Positions 45,519 through 58,927 of a stretch of 64,000 bases of DNA are shown piece by piece. Positions within the stretch are counted from its first letter, which is position 1. Each line of letters starts with the position of its first letter. Below the pieces are notes generated by a model, which was not told the DNA's origin, did no database searches, and was given only the letters and a program-made list of their open reading frames with translations. Source of the DNA: Squalus acanthias (lineage: Eukaryota); assembly GCA_030390025.1 (NCBI GenBank), contig CM059432.1:132000001-132064000 (forward strand), in the 5' to 3' direction. The translations under genes were made by a program, and so were the position numbers.

Positions 45519-45649
45519 TTTTTGGTGCGATCAACAAAAATTGTAACTTAACAAAAATACATCAAATGGAACTTAACAAATTAAATTAAAATTTAGTTTC
45601 TGGGGGTGATGAAGCACTCCAGTCCCTACGGTGCCCACCGGTCGCGGAA
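45519..45649 (-). mobile_element. 131-bp 5'-truncated non-LTR insertion (Tx1/L1-like 3' end) with 18-bp TSD
   Basis: TATTTTCCCTTAGAGCTG at 45501-45518 and 45650-45667. Minus strand reads FRDRWAP*GLECFITP, then a T-rich 3'UTR and a short A tail. Confidence 0.7.
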
Positions 45650-45669
45650 TATTTTCCCTTAGAGCTGCA

Positions 45670-46045
45670 AGCACACTTCCCACCCCCGCTCTAGCCAGAC
45701 TGGGAATGGGAGGAGACGGGCGAAGCAAAGCCCCGCCTCCGCTGGTCGCAAACCAAAGGGAGCGCGCGGAAGGATGGAACGCTGTGTCGGGAGTCTGGGC
45801 TGTCAATCAGGTGACGTAACAGAGGGTTTGGAGTGTTACCTGCTGCGATGTTCGAATCGTTCATTGACAACATGTGAAGAGCAGAGAGAGAGCGCGAGAT
45901 ACACAGGGACTCACGCCAGAGCTGCAGCCACAGTGCTCGCGCCTATTTATTTATATATATTTATATATTTTTAAAAATTAGAAAAGTTTTTTTTTGTTTC
46001 CCATCCCCAAAAACAAAAAAAAAGTTTGCATTTCATCGGTTCACA
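45670..46045 (+). promoter_or_regulatory. BMP promoter / 5'UTR (CpG-rich) with GC box, PBX-MEIS/PREP decamer and CRE-like site
   Basis: CCCCGCCTCC at about 45731; CTGTCAATCA (= TGATTGACAG on minus) at 45800-45809; TGACGTAA at 45812-45819. Confidence 0.55.
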
Positions 46046-46490
46046 ATGCGCTGGACAATGGGTGCATTTGCAGTCGAGCGGGGAGCCGCGCTCGGGCTGC
46101 TGTGGAGCGGTTGCCTGGTGCTCGAGTGGTTGTCGGTGGCGGCCGGCAGCCTGCTGCTGGACACCGGCACCAGCAGCCACGGCGACGTGCACTCCAGCTT
46201 CGTCCACCGCCGCCTCAAGCACCACGAGAAGAGAGACATGCAGCGGGAGATCCTCTCCATCCTGGGGCTGCCCCACCGCCCCCGACCTCACTCGCACGGC
46301 AAGCACAACTCCGCGCCGCTCTTCATGCTCGACCTGTACAATGCCATGTCCACCGGGGGGGAAGAGGAGGAGGAAGGCTTCTCGCACCAGTACAGAGCCG
46401 TGTTCACCACGCAGAGCCCGCCGCTGGCCAGCTTGCAGGACAGCACTTTCCTCAACCAGGCGGACATGGTCATGAGTTTCGTTAACCTGG
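46046..46490 (+). CDS. First coding exon of a BMP7-like bone morphogenetic protein (60A subgroup BMP5/6/7/8; exact orthology unresolved): signal peptide plus start of prodomain
   Basis: HSSFVHRRL...[17 protein letters not shown]...[17 protein letters not shown]...[21 protein letters not shown] is the BMP7-type prodomain. Hydrophobic N-terminus; phase-1 donor G|GTAAGG at 46491. ATG at 46046, with a second in-frame ATG at 46058. No exon 2 recognised in the window. Confidence 0.93.
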
Positions 46491-47967
46491 GTAAGGCGAA
46501 ACTTTCTGTTTTCATATATACATATAAGATAGGTTTAAGCCTGCAGCCTAACCGTAAAGGGCTTGATTTTTGTTTTAAAAGCGATGATACGAAAAAGATC
46601 TGATGGTTGCATTCATTTTTTTTAACTGATAGAATTGATCTGGAGGCAACAGAAGGGTTCACTTTTTTTGTTGCTGTTGAGAAGTGATCTTATCAGAAAC
46701 GATCAAAAGTACTTCCCAGTGACTGAAGCTGAACCTGTGGATGAATTGTTTCTGCTGTAAATCCACAAAACAGTGGACCAAACACACCCGCATTTACCAC
46801 AGAGCGCACCAATCCCCAACACACTAATACTTTATAGTTGTCTGAGTTATCGATGCATCTAGCTGTGGAATAGCCAGCACATGTGGCTTGAGAAGGAGTT
46901 CAGTCCGCTTTGGAGTTTAGTAACCCAGCTCATTGCTGGACTTTCTTTTGAATGAAGTGTGTGTGTGGTGAAGTCACTCGTAAGTGGTTAGATGCTTATT
47001 AAAAACCAGTCTATATTTAGCGCATATACTTCCAAACCTACTATTGTGATGGCTTTTTCATTTAATATTGTGCCTGTGAGGCCTCTCAGTAGCCAGAAAG
47101 TGTCTATTCTCTGATATCACGCGAAGGAAAGTAAGTTGACACAGAAAGAGAAATAGTATTTTAAAAGCCTGATCCCAAATTTGTAATCTATTTCTAAGAT
47201 ATGACTTGTGGACGGCAATGCACCTGTTGCCCTTGTTTTTGTGGAAGTCAACGTTAGACAAAACGAGGCGATTTTACTTTACTAGAGAGTAGCACTTCAT
47301 TCATAAATTGACGAAAAACAAACGCAATAGAGTTCAGTGAATCGGTGTGAAATCCCCGGAATGCTGCATACTCGCACCTGCGATATTTTGTTAACTGGAA
47401 TGCATCTTGGAGGGTAATTAGTTGCAAGCATACTATTTACCTAGTGTCCGACCCCGAGGTGCTTGCTTGAGAATATATCTTTCTCTGCTCTAACGTGAAC
47501 CTTGGTTGTGGCTGTAGTTTTTTTTTGCACGCGTCTCGAAACTTTTCAGTTTGTCCATTTCTGTGTCGGAAGTAAATGAGGCAGGGCCTTTTAAACAAAA
47601 TATTGACACCAGATCCTTCTGAGTCATGTGTTTATTTGCCATAAATCTTAGTTGACGTTTGAGTCCACTGTCTAGGCAGCTACTGTGTTCCGAGGCGGAA
47701 GAAGATAAAAAGCCTTGGCTAATGATGGTGGCTGGTAATCTGCGTGTTAAGACAGGTAGATGGTGTTTATCTGCAGTCAAAACATCCTTACTCCGTAAAG
47801 GTGACGTATTTGGGGGGAAATAGCAGTTAAAATAAATAGTTCGTATCTGTGTGGCAAAATCCAAAATGATCTCTTTGCAGTGCTCAGTTCCACTGGGTAA
47901 ATACCAGCCTGTTCATTTAACGGGTAAGTGAAGCACTCATCCCTGTGGTGCAGCACATGTGATTGCA

Positions 47968-48451
47968 CTGGAGAGGGAGATTTACCAGGATGTTGCCAGG
48001 ACTGGAGAATTTTAGCTATGAGGAAAGATTAGATAGGCTGGGGTTGTTTTCTTTGGAACAGAGGAGGCTGAGGGGAGACCTAATTGAAGTGTATTTTTAA
48101 AAAAATGATAGAGTAGATAGGAAGGACCTATTTCCCCCCTTGCAGAGAGGTCAATAACCAGGGGGCATAGATTTAAAGTAATTGGTAGAAGGATTAGAGG
48201 GGAGTTGAGGAGAAATTTTTATCACCCAGAGGGCGGTGGGGGGTCTGGAACTCACTGCCTGAAAGGGTGGTAGAGGCAGAGACCCTCATCACATTTCAAA
48301 AGTACTTGGATATGCACGTGAAGTGCCATAACTTACAAGGCTACGGACCAAGAGCTGGAAAGTGGGATTAGGCTGGGTAGCTCTTTTTCGGCCGGCACAG
48401 ACACGATGGGTAGAATGGCCTCTTTCTGTGCCGTAAATTTCTATGATTCTG
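47968..48451 (+). mobile_element. CR1 LINE 3' fragment
   Basis: [39 protein letters not shown] and the CR1 tail. Confidence 0.85.
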
Positions 48452-49479
48452 TGAGCACACTAAATGCTGTTTGATACTTAGTTTCAAAGACTTGCACATC
48501 TGAGTGGGATTTGAGTCAAATTGACGCAGTCAATGAATACAAATATTCAACAACTGATATTTTAACACAGTTGCACAACTAAAACCCTTGAAGAGTTTTT
48601 GCATCAATTGAGATGAGTTTGGGATTCATCAATCCCTCTGGGCCCTTAAAGAACACAGATTCAGGTCCAGTACAAGAGCTAGAGGTGATGCAATGTGAAT
48701 CAGGTCCACTCAATCCAATAACCACAGTGAGTCAGATTCCCAAGAATCCTCCGCGCCCCCCAAGCAGTAAACACTCGCCAGGAAGTGTGTGCACTTTGTA
48801 TGGTGTTGGGACTGTCATAAGTGTAACAGTGGACTGGGGAAGTGGTGATGTGTAGACTTACATTTTCTTTGTGCAGTGACGCATCTTTCTTGCTTTCTCT
48901 CTCAGCTGGCTGAAATTGAGTCATTGGTGTGGCTCTGCATCCTATTATTTTGATCCAGGGTGTTGTACCAGTGTGATGTGCTACTGGGATGCCTGCTGTG
49001 TAGTTTGTTTTAATAAATCAACAATAAATGTTAGCATCTGGGAGATGTAACAAATAAGATGTCTGGGACTGTTACAAGGCAATAATACACTTCAGGGATT
49101 TAGAAGGCTCCTAAACCAAGAGCACGAATCATGAGCAAGCAGTTTATGAACATCTGTTTTGCCTTGGAGCATGCAACAGCAACATACATTTAACATACAT
49201 TCCATCTCTTATTCTTTATAAATCAGCATTTATGAGAACAGGTAATTCACTGTTTTGACCAATGGAGGTAGTATCTCATGTCAGTTTTAGCGAATGAATT
49301 TAAAACTGATGACTTTTGTCAGTGGGAACACTGTAAAGTAAATGCAGCTTGACGCTCAACATTTTATATCTAGCTGTTCAAAAAAAAACCAAATTTTATG
49401 GCCATTTATACAGGCCAGCAATGCAGTTTTCCCTTATCGTCCTGTATGGACGTTTCCCAAATAAGTAGTGACTATAAAT

Positions 49480-52255
49480 GGACACCAATTGAAACATAGA
49501 AACAGTGTTGCATGCACAAGCTCGTCGTGCCTTGAGAAGGGTTTAAAGGTGCGAGGAAGGGGAGATTTGGGAATAGAGTTCCAAAGAGTAGAATCAAGAC
49601 AGCTGAATGGTCTGCCACTGAAGGTGGAATGGAGGGAGGGGGAATGTAGAGCAGGATCAGAGGATGTGGGAGGGGAAGAAGGTCTGGAGAAGGTCGCAGA
49701 GGTAGGGTGTGCTGAGGCTGTAAAGGGGTTGGTCACTGGGGGGTCGGTGGGGGTCATAGATTAGTGGGATCTACTGCCAGATGTGGGTGGTAGGATTTTG
49801 GGTGATTTGAAGTTTTATGAAGGATGGAGATTGGGAGGCTGATGAGGACAGTGTGGGAGATGCTAAGTGTAGAGGTGACAAAGGTGAGTTTGGGATTCAG
49901 CAGCAGTGGAGGTAAGGTCCGGGATGGAGTTGGGAAATATTATGGAGGTGGATGTAAATGGTCCTGGTGATGGATCGAATATGGCGTTTGAAACTCAGCC
50001 CTGACTCGAACAGAATGGGGAGGTTGCATACCATCTGTTCAGGCTGAGCAAATGGCCAGGAAATTGATTGAGTTGATGGAAAGGATGAAGAGTTTTTGAT
50101 GGGGGTAAAATACAATGTTCAATTGTAGGAAATTGTGGCTCATCCATGATTTCCTTTGGGCGCGCTGCTAGCAGTGAGATATTCAAAGAAAGCATTGGAG
50201 AGGTAGAAGTGGGTGTTGTCAACATTCACCTGGAAGCTGACTCTATGTCCACAGACAATATCACTGAAAGGCAGCATAAAGATGAAGGGAATTTACTGTG
50301 TTGCTACAGAAAAGAGTGGAACTATGCTGAGGTGGACCACAGAGGACAGCATGATCGATCTTGTCAAATGCTGCACAGATGTTAAGGAGGGGTAAAACTG
50401 TAAACTCTAAAGTCGCTGTGAATTTTGTTGGTGACTGGTCAGGTGATCTCTGCAGGATAGAAATTAGACTAAGGATTCAAGTAGGAAAACAAAAAATGAA
50501 ATACTACAGAGGCTAGGAAGTTTTGGGAAATGTAAGCAGGTAGCTGGGAGGCGAGACCATGTTCAAGCACCTTCAAGAAAGGGAGGTTAGAGATTGAGCG
50601 GTAGTTGGAGGAGACAAACTGGTTTAAGAGTGGGCATTTTGAGGTGGTGGTGGTGATAACCGTAAGTTTTGGAAGGAAACGGGACACTTTCTGAACAGAG
50701 AGAGGCAATAACAATGTTGGCAAGCATTCGGACCAGGAAAAATAGTTGAATCGGGGGTGGAGGTGGGGGATCAATCGGGCAAGAGGTGAGTCTCATAGAA
50801 AAGACGAGCATGAGAGGACAGATCATGGCAAGAACAGAGTGAAATGGCAAAGTGATGATAGAAACATAGAAACATAGAAACTAGGAGCAGGAGTAGGCCA
50901 TTCGGCCCGGCGAGCCTGCTCCACCATTCAATACGATCATGGCTGATCATCCAAATCCAGTACCCTGTCCCTGCTTTCTCACACAGAATCCCCATCGAAC
51001 CTGCACCGACACATATCCCACCCTATCCCCGTAACCCCACGTATTTAATTCCCCCTAACATATCCCATCCTATCCCCGTAACCCCACATATTTAATCCCC
51101 CCCTAACACTAAGGGTCAATTTATCATAGCCAAATCAACCTAACCCGCACATTTTTGGACTGTGGGAGGAAACCGGAGCACCCGGAGGAAACCCACGCAG
51201 ACACGATGATGGGTCAGGTTGGGGTGAGCAAACAGTTGGGAACTGATTGGTGAAAGAAAGAGAAGGGGGAAGTGGCATCTGAGGCAGTTACATGGATGGT
51301 CTTAATCTTTTGAGGTGAAGGAATACATGTGTTCTCCACATTTGGTATTAAATCAGGGTGGAAGAGGGTAAGGAGAAGTGGATCAAGGAGGCAGTTTGTT
51401 GTAAAACAAAAGGAACTATGGGTGGTTCTTGGCCTCCAGGAAAGTCCTGGAGTAATATAATAGGATTTTGATCATGGAAAAGAGAGTGCAATAATACAAC
51501 CAAATTTGGTGGTGGACAAGACTGATCATGTGCCTGGTCCCCTCAAGTTTGTGGGCTTCGGACTTAACGGTTGTAAAAATGGGAGCTATACCAAAATGAG
51601 CAATGAAAGTAGAAAGCGATGGACAACCTGATGGGGACAAGGGTATTGACGCCATAATTAAGGATCGTTTAGTGGTTTCATGGCAGGTTGTGGAGGTGGA
51701 TTTTAGAGAGTGATTTGGTGAGGAAGCTTGGGACAGTCTTGTTCCCAGGTTGAAGGATCAGGATAGTGAGTTTAGAAGTGTAGGGTGGAACCAACTGTAT
51801 CCCTCTCACCTGTCTTGAGGATAAACTAGACTTTTCAACCACACCAAGCTGAGCATTTGACGCCATACCATCCAGCACAAAGACTACCTCCTTACACCTC
51901 TGCCCCTTCCTCAGCCCATTGAAACATTCATACGTACCTTTGTACCCTCACGACTCTTAGTCCAATGCACTCCTTGCCGGTCTCCCATCCTCCACCCTTC
52001 ATAAACTTCAACTTATCCAAAACTCTGTGCAAAGTCCCGCTTGCTCATCAGCCCCTCTCCTCGGTGATCTACATTTGACTTCGTCCCTCGACACTTCAAA
52101 TTTAAAATTCTTATCCATGTTTAAATCACTTCATGGCCTTGGCATTCCCTATCTCTGTAACCTCCATCAGTCCTACAAACCCTACACTGAACTCTCTGGT
52201 CCTCTGGCTCTACCCTCTTATCCATTGCCTCCTTCCAGTACTCTGCCATTAGTGG
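49480..52255. mobile_element. Cluster of old L2-like fragments (mostly minus; plus at about 51860-52255) with nested CR1 tail (50860-50980) and partial V-SINE (50985-51205)
   Basis: Minus strand SNYRSISNLPFLKVLE (ORF 50469..50774); nested pieces match other copies in the window. Confidence 0.65.
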
Positions 52256-53906
52256 TTGTGTGGTAGTTGGAGGTTTACTTGCAAACTTTTAAAATTAGGT
52301 ATGGATACAGGGATGAGAAGATAGTTTACAAATATGGAGTATTTTAAGGCTGTTGAGATAATGGGAGGGTTGGTTATGAATTTGATTGCAATGGACTGCT
52401 GTTTTGGGTTTTAAAAGTATCTGATTGTAAGTGAATCAGGGATGCAAAATCCATGTATGCGCTTTTAGAAATAAATGGTGTACTGTTAAGCTGTACAGAG
52501 ATGCAAATTTATCTCCAAGTTGCAGCAGTGACCTCCAATCAGATAGCCCTGGGCAGTAGCTACACAACATTGCAATTCATATTCAATCTAACTTTAACAT
52601 TCATCTACTGGATTGTAAAGAGGAAATGTTTGTCCTATAGATCTGTTGATTTTTGTTTTACACAAGTGTGCAAATTTCACTTTTTGTGAAATACATAAAC
52701 CTATATTTAAGGAAAGTTCTTTTTTAACGTGTTGAAATTAGGTAAAAAGAAAAAAAAATGTGCATTTAAATAGCGCTTTTTATGTCCTCAGAAAATCCCA
52801 AAACGCTTCACATGGCCAATGAATTAATTTTTTGAAGTGTGGTCAAACTTACTTAGTGTTGACAGATATGGGGTGTTTCCACAAATCCATTGGAGTTCTG
52901 GGCACCACACCAGAGATTCAAGGCTACACCTTATCTCCGACTCACACTCCCTTCAAGCACAAGAACGTGGCTCCCTGCTGGGATCATGGAATCATCCTTG
53001 TCATTCTGTGATTACAGAATCAATAATGGTATTTCTTGTTGGGCATTTGAAATGTAAGAGTAAAATGTATCATTGACCATGAATTTCTGACCGAAAAAAC
53101 ACATGTAAAAACTGAAAAGAAAATCTTGTTCTTCTCGAGAGAAGAATTAAACATTTTGCGCCCAGTGTCAGTATCAAGCACTTCCAGGTCAAATATAAGC
53201 ATGGTGCTGAATCTAGCCTGCAGGACATTCCTGAATTTGAGAAATACTGGTTGCTTTTTTCCAGAGGCAATTTCTATTGGTTTTATCAGCACTGAACACT
53301 TGATAATTGCTTCTGCCATAGGGTTTTGTTTTGTTCCCCTGGAATTCCATCTGTATGGCAGAAATGCTTGATGGTGCATTGTGTGATTCTGCGCGTGGGG
53401 GAGGGTGGGTGTAAAAGAGAGAGGAAGAGGAGGAAACCATTTAAAATAAAAGCTGAAGTACTGGCCTTTCACTGCAATGGAATATATCTGCCCGTGAGGG
53501 TCTGATCACCACATGGTAAAGCCTTGATTGTCACATGTCATCAAGGGAGATGAGAAGCAGACATCTGCTGGGCGAGTCCGTGTAGCACTCTTATCCATCT
53601 AGAACATTGTTGTAGTTTTGTTATTGATGTACTCAGACCCTTAAGGCACTTTCTTTACCCTGAGAGAGTGCCGATGGCAGCAGGCACATGGTTCAGTCAC
53701 AGCCAATCATCACTCACACAAATATAAAGCTTGTGACCTCTGGATGGTCGGTGGCATTGAAGACCCAATTTTTATGACCTGACTCTGCCCACTAACCATT
53801 TCAAATTTGGTTCCGTGTATTAATGCTGCCAGGTACATTATAGATATAAAAGCATATAATACCACTGTTTTATCATTCATAGCGGAATAGAACTTGGAAG
53901 GTTATG

Positions 53907-54855
53907 GGAACATAGGAACAGGAGTAGGCCATTCAGCCCCTCGAGCCTGTTCTGCCATTCGATGAGATCATGGCTGATCTGTGATCTAACTCCATATACC
54001 CACCTTTGGCCCATATCCCTTAATACCTTTGGTTAACAAAAAGCTATCAATCTCCGATTTAACATTAACAATTGATCTAGCATCAATTGCCGTTTGCGGA
54101 AGAGAGTTCCAAACTTCTACCAGCCTTTGTGTGTAGAAGTGTTTCCTAATTTCACTCCTGAAAGGTCTGGCTCTAATTTTTAGACTATGCCCCGTAGTCC
54201 TAGAATCCCCAACCAGCAGAAATAGTTTCTTTCTATCTACCCTATCTGCTCCCCTTAATATCCTGAAAACTTCGATCAGATCACTCCTTAACCTTCTAAA
54301 TTCTAGGGAATACAACCCTAATTGGTGTACTCTCTCCTTGCAACTTAACCCTTGAAGTCCAGGTATCATTCTGGTAAACCTACGCTGCACTCCCTCCAAG
54401 GCCAATATATCCTTCCTAAGGTGTGGTGCCCAGAACTGCTCACAGTACTCCAGGTGTGGTCTAACCAGGGTTTTGTATAGCTGCAGCATAACTTCTACCC
54501 CCTTGTCCTCTAGATATAAAGGCCAGCATTCCATTAGCCTTTTTGATTATTTTCTGTACTGGTTCATGACATTTTAATGAACTATGTACCTGAATCCCCA
54601 AGTCTCTCTGGACATCCACTGTTTTTAACTTTTCACCATTTAGAAAGTACCCTGTTCTATCCTTTTTGGGTCCAAAGTGGATGATCTCACATTTGCCTAC
54701 ATTGAAATCCATTTGCCACAGTTTTGCCCATTCACTTAATCTATCGATATCCCTTTGTAATTTTATGCTTTCATCTACACTGCCTACAATGCCACCTATC
54801 TTTGTGTCATCGGCAAATTTGGATATATGACTTTCTATGCCATCATCTAAGTTGT
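53907..54855 (-). mobile_element. CR1 LINE 3' fragment (RT C-terminal part)
   Basis: KFADDTK near 54800-54820; FNVGKCEIIHFG; LYKTLVRPHLEYCEQFWAP; VWNSLP. Confidence 0.92.
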
Positions 54856-55065
54856 TATGGGTTCAAGCCCCACTCCAGGACTCGGGCACATAATCTAGGT
54901 TGACACTGCTGCAGTGCGGAAGATGCTGCCTTTTGAATGAGACATTAAATTAAGATCTTGGCTGCCTGCTCAAGTGGACATAAAAGATCCCAAGGCACTA
55001 CTCAAAAGAAAATTGGGTAATTCTCCCATAGTTCTGACCAGCATTCCTCCTTTAAAACAACACGT

Positions 55066-55416
55066 ATAAAATTCTTGGAGGGCTTGCCAGGGTAGATGCT
55101 GAGAGGTTATTTCCCCTGGCTTGGAGAGTCTAGAACTAGGATAAGGGGTCGACCATTTAGGACTGAGATGAGGAGAAATTTCTTCACTCAAAGGGTTGTG
55201 AATCTTTGGAATTCTCTACCCCAGAGGGCTGTGGAGGCTCAGTCGATGAATATATTCAAGACAGAGCCTCCACAGTGGACACTAAGGGAATCAAGGGATA
55301 TGGGGATAGGGTGGGAATGTGGAGTTGAGGTAGATGATCAGCCATGATCTTCTTGAATGGTGGAACAGGCTCGAGGGGCCGTATGGCCTACTCCTGCTCC
55401 TATTTCTTGTGTTCTT
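55066..55416 (+). mobile_element. CR1 3' end inserted in a DeuSINE
   Basis: [26 protein letters not shown] halves lie on both sides. Confidence 0.8.
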
Positions 55417-57484
55417 ATAACGCCATCAAAACAGATTACTTTCTGTCTGTAGGACCTTGCACTGTGCAAATTGGCTGGACTACATGCCTACATAGAACCA
55501 CTGTTACTTCAAAAAGTAACCCATTGGTTGTGAAGCATTTTGGGGAATCCCAAGGGCACACAAGAAACTATATAAACACAAGCTATTTCTTTTCTTTCTT
55601 CACTTTCATCACAGTTAGCCAAGAAATCTCTGCCAGATGAGCACAGATATTAGCCATCAGACATCATCAAATGTTTTAATAATGAATGCCAAATGTATTT
55701 TGAGAGTATTTAGAGCATTGCCGTTTTCAGATTCGAGTGAGTGAGTATTTAAAAACAATCTTGTAGTATTTCATGTGTTCTATCCTGTAACGTACAACTT
55801 ACACTTACATAGCAATCTTAGCTTAGAAGACTAAATTTTCAGGCCACTTACTGCGGAAAGATGACTTGCAAAATATTAAAGAGAACGAGGAAAACAAAAG
55901 CGCTGTTGAAGAGGTATGCTTTAAGTGGCTTTTGTAGGAAATGGCACAGTGGAATGGATTAGGGACAGGGTTCCAGCGGGTAGGGGAATGCAACAAAGAT
56001 CACCCACTGATGGTAGAGCGGAGGAAGCAGGGAACAAAAGAAAGTGTTGCATTTATATAGCACCTTTCACGACCTCCCCAAAGTGCTTTACAGCCAATAA
56101 AATACTTTTGAAGTGTAGTCACTTTTGTAATGTAGGAAACACTGTTTGTAATGTAGCAACAAGGTAGAGCAGCAGGTGCTGAAGGTGCATGCTAGAACAC
56201 ATGGTTGAAGATCACTCAGGCAGGGAAGGGTGAGGCTATGGATGGATTTCAAAACCAGAACAAAGATCTTGAAATCAATATGCTGGGGGGGAACATAGAA
56301 CCAGTTGAGCTTGGCAAGGACAACAGAAACCGATCAATACACAGTCACTAAGAATTTTGGCACAGTTCTTAACAAAGTACACTCAAAGTCTGACCCTACA
56401 ATTGCCACATTCACACTTTTTTAGTTTACAAGATTCTAGGAGACTGGGTAGCATTGTGGGTTTCAACACTTTTCACCCTGGGACCTGTGTTAAAATCCAA
56501 CACAGAATGACGCGATAAAACATACTTAGCTCGATTAGCAAAAATGTCCAGTATGTGCGGTCCGTCTCAAACCAGTTTCTGTGTTAGTCCACAGCACAAG
56601 ACTGCATAATTGGCACTGGATCAGCTCTTCGATTCAAGTCTCAAGTGCAGCTGATGTGGGAAATGGAACGGTTATCTTTGTACTAGGGAGGGCTCTTTTT
56701 GAGATTGATGCCCTTTAAGCTATAGAAAGTCCTGCAACGGCAAGAGCTTTATCAGATTAGCCCTATATGCTAAGTGACATGGTACTCTTGATATTGAATA
56801 GTGTGAAATTTCCTTAGAAGAAAAGTACCGCCAACTCCAGATACAAACAGCGCGTGTGTCAGTCGCACTGGGTCTGACTGTGGGTGGTCTGGCTTCTTGG
56901 GTCTAACGCTGCATATTGCTGGCCTGTAGATACATGAACAGTAGCACCGAAGTAGTGATTGCGATGTTAGAGTAACTGCACAAATGCGAATCTTGCGCAC
57001 ATGCACCGTCCTTTGTTTTACCGAATCTCCAGCACACAATAACCAGGATAGATCACGTGCCAACACGAGCCAGCGCAGTTACTGGACTGCTTCCACTGGA
57101 TGAACCTTTGCTTTAGATCAAATCCTGGGAGTACAACACTCCAACCTGCTGCCTCCATGTACTGCTGTCCCCAAGTTATACTGTGATCCACTCTTCCCCT
57201 AGGCCCACTGGAGACTGACGCACAGCAAACACGATTACAAAGCATACTTACAAGTTTTGAGCTCAATTGCACACCTGCACTGTAAACGTGTCTTAGACCT
57301 TGTAATCTCTCTTGGCCTGACCGCACCTAATACCTTAGTATTTCTTACTCTAGTGCTATCTGTCTCTTCCCATCCTTTGTGCACTTTGTTTCTCCTATCT
57401 AATGCTACGTCCTGGTGCCCATCCCCCTGCCAAATTAGTTTAAACCCTCCCCAACAGCACTAGCAAACTCTCCGGGGGGGGGTC

Positions 57485-57826
57485 GAGACAGAGTAGATAG
57501 TGAGAAACTGCTCCCATTGGCGGAAGGGTCGAGAACCAGAGGGGACAGATTTAAGGTGATTGGCAAAAGAACCAAAGGCGACATGAGGCAAAACTTTTTT
57601 ACGCAGTGAGTGGTTAGGATCTGGAATGCACTGCCTGAAAGGGTGGTGGAGGCAGACTCAATTGTGGCTTTCAAAAGGGAATTGGATAAGTACCTGAAGG
57701 GAAAAAATTTGCAGGGCTACGGGAAAAGGGCGGGGGTGTGGGACTAGCTGAAGTGCTCTTGCAGAGAGCCGGCACGGACTCGACGGGCCGAATGGCCTCC
57801 TTCTGTGCTATAACCATTCTATGATT
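57485..57826 (+). mobile_element. CR1 3' end, preceded by an inverted CR1 ORF1-end fragment (about 57300-57472)
   Basis: RTRGDRFKVIGKR...[12 protein letters not shown]; 57425-57470 matches 808-855. Confidence 0.8.
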
Positions 57827-58927
57827 CAAATGTTTGAGAATTGATGTGGAATCAATCTGTGCACCTAGCATTGTGACATAAGCATGTGTTACATATAAGT
57901 GCTGTATAACTATTTTTCTTGTAATAAACACATGGTAGTTTAAAGTGAAATATGTAATGTGTCCGCATGATGATTTTCTACCCGTTTGGAGAAATCGGGA
58001 GTAAATGTTGAGCATCTGTACAATTTTTGGTATAGTCCAGTGATAAAAGGGTGGATTGTTAGCCCTGAGGCAGACTCTCATCATATGCCGTACGTTCCAC
58101 AATTAATCTTTGGTTCACAAGTTGTGTGGGCCTGCTTATGGAAGCTGCCTTTTGCAGTAAGTACAAGTGAAAATGTTGGGAGAATTGTGTGTCTTCTATG
58201 ACTGAGCGGCTGGCAAATAATAACCTGTATTTGTGGAATAATTTGATTAGCGATTGCCATGCAGGATCAGCTCTGGCTTTTTTTCTCTCTCCATAACTAG
58301 GATTAAATGATTGGATTGGGTTAAATATTTTGATTTGAGAGGAATTGCACTACTTAACCGTATTATGTTTTTTAAATTTGCATTATTCTTGTCCTGGACC
58401 TTATCTTAACAGCCCACAAGTGCCTGTGGTGTTTAGTTGTTATCTCTAATGTCATTTTGTGTTGCTTTTCATGCTTCCCATTGTGTATCCAGTATCGTAT
58501 TTCCTTAAGACTCATTCTTTAACTGTTTTCCATTGGCTGCTTAAGTGGTTTCTGTGGTGAGGAGACTTTGCATACCACATGCTCTATTACTGCAATTAAT
58601 TATGTTTTTATCTACATTGTAATCGTGTTTATCCTATCCATGAATACATTACTGGCCCGAGCACTATAATTTAGCTGAAGTATTCCAATATTTTGCCATT
58701 CAGGGATTTTTAACTAGGTGTGTATTATACTTAAATTGGGTTAATATTGGGAAAACTATGCAGTGAGCCATGGAGGTATGACCCAATAATTTATTTATAC
58801 ATACTTTGTACAGTCGTCAGTGAGATATTATAAAAGGCAATTATTTGTTTCGGCTGTGAATCTTGTCTATGCTTGGCATGATTTTGAGTCACTAATGAAG
58901 TACAGCAGTCTTTCACAACTATGAATA

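Noticed and set aside
45971..46662. Overlapping alternative-frame and antisense ORFs at BMP exon 1
   Set aside because: Expected by-products of a GC-rich coding exon.
57300..57826. Twin-priming 5' inversion of a single CR1
   Set aside because: The inverted piece comes from the ORF1 end, kilobases from the 3' piece in the element, and no clean TSD was found.
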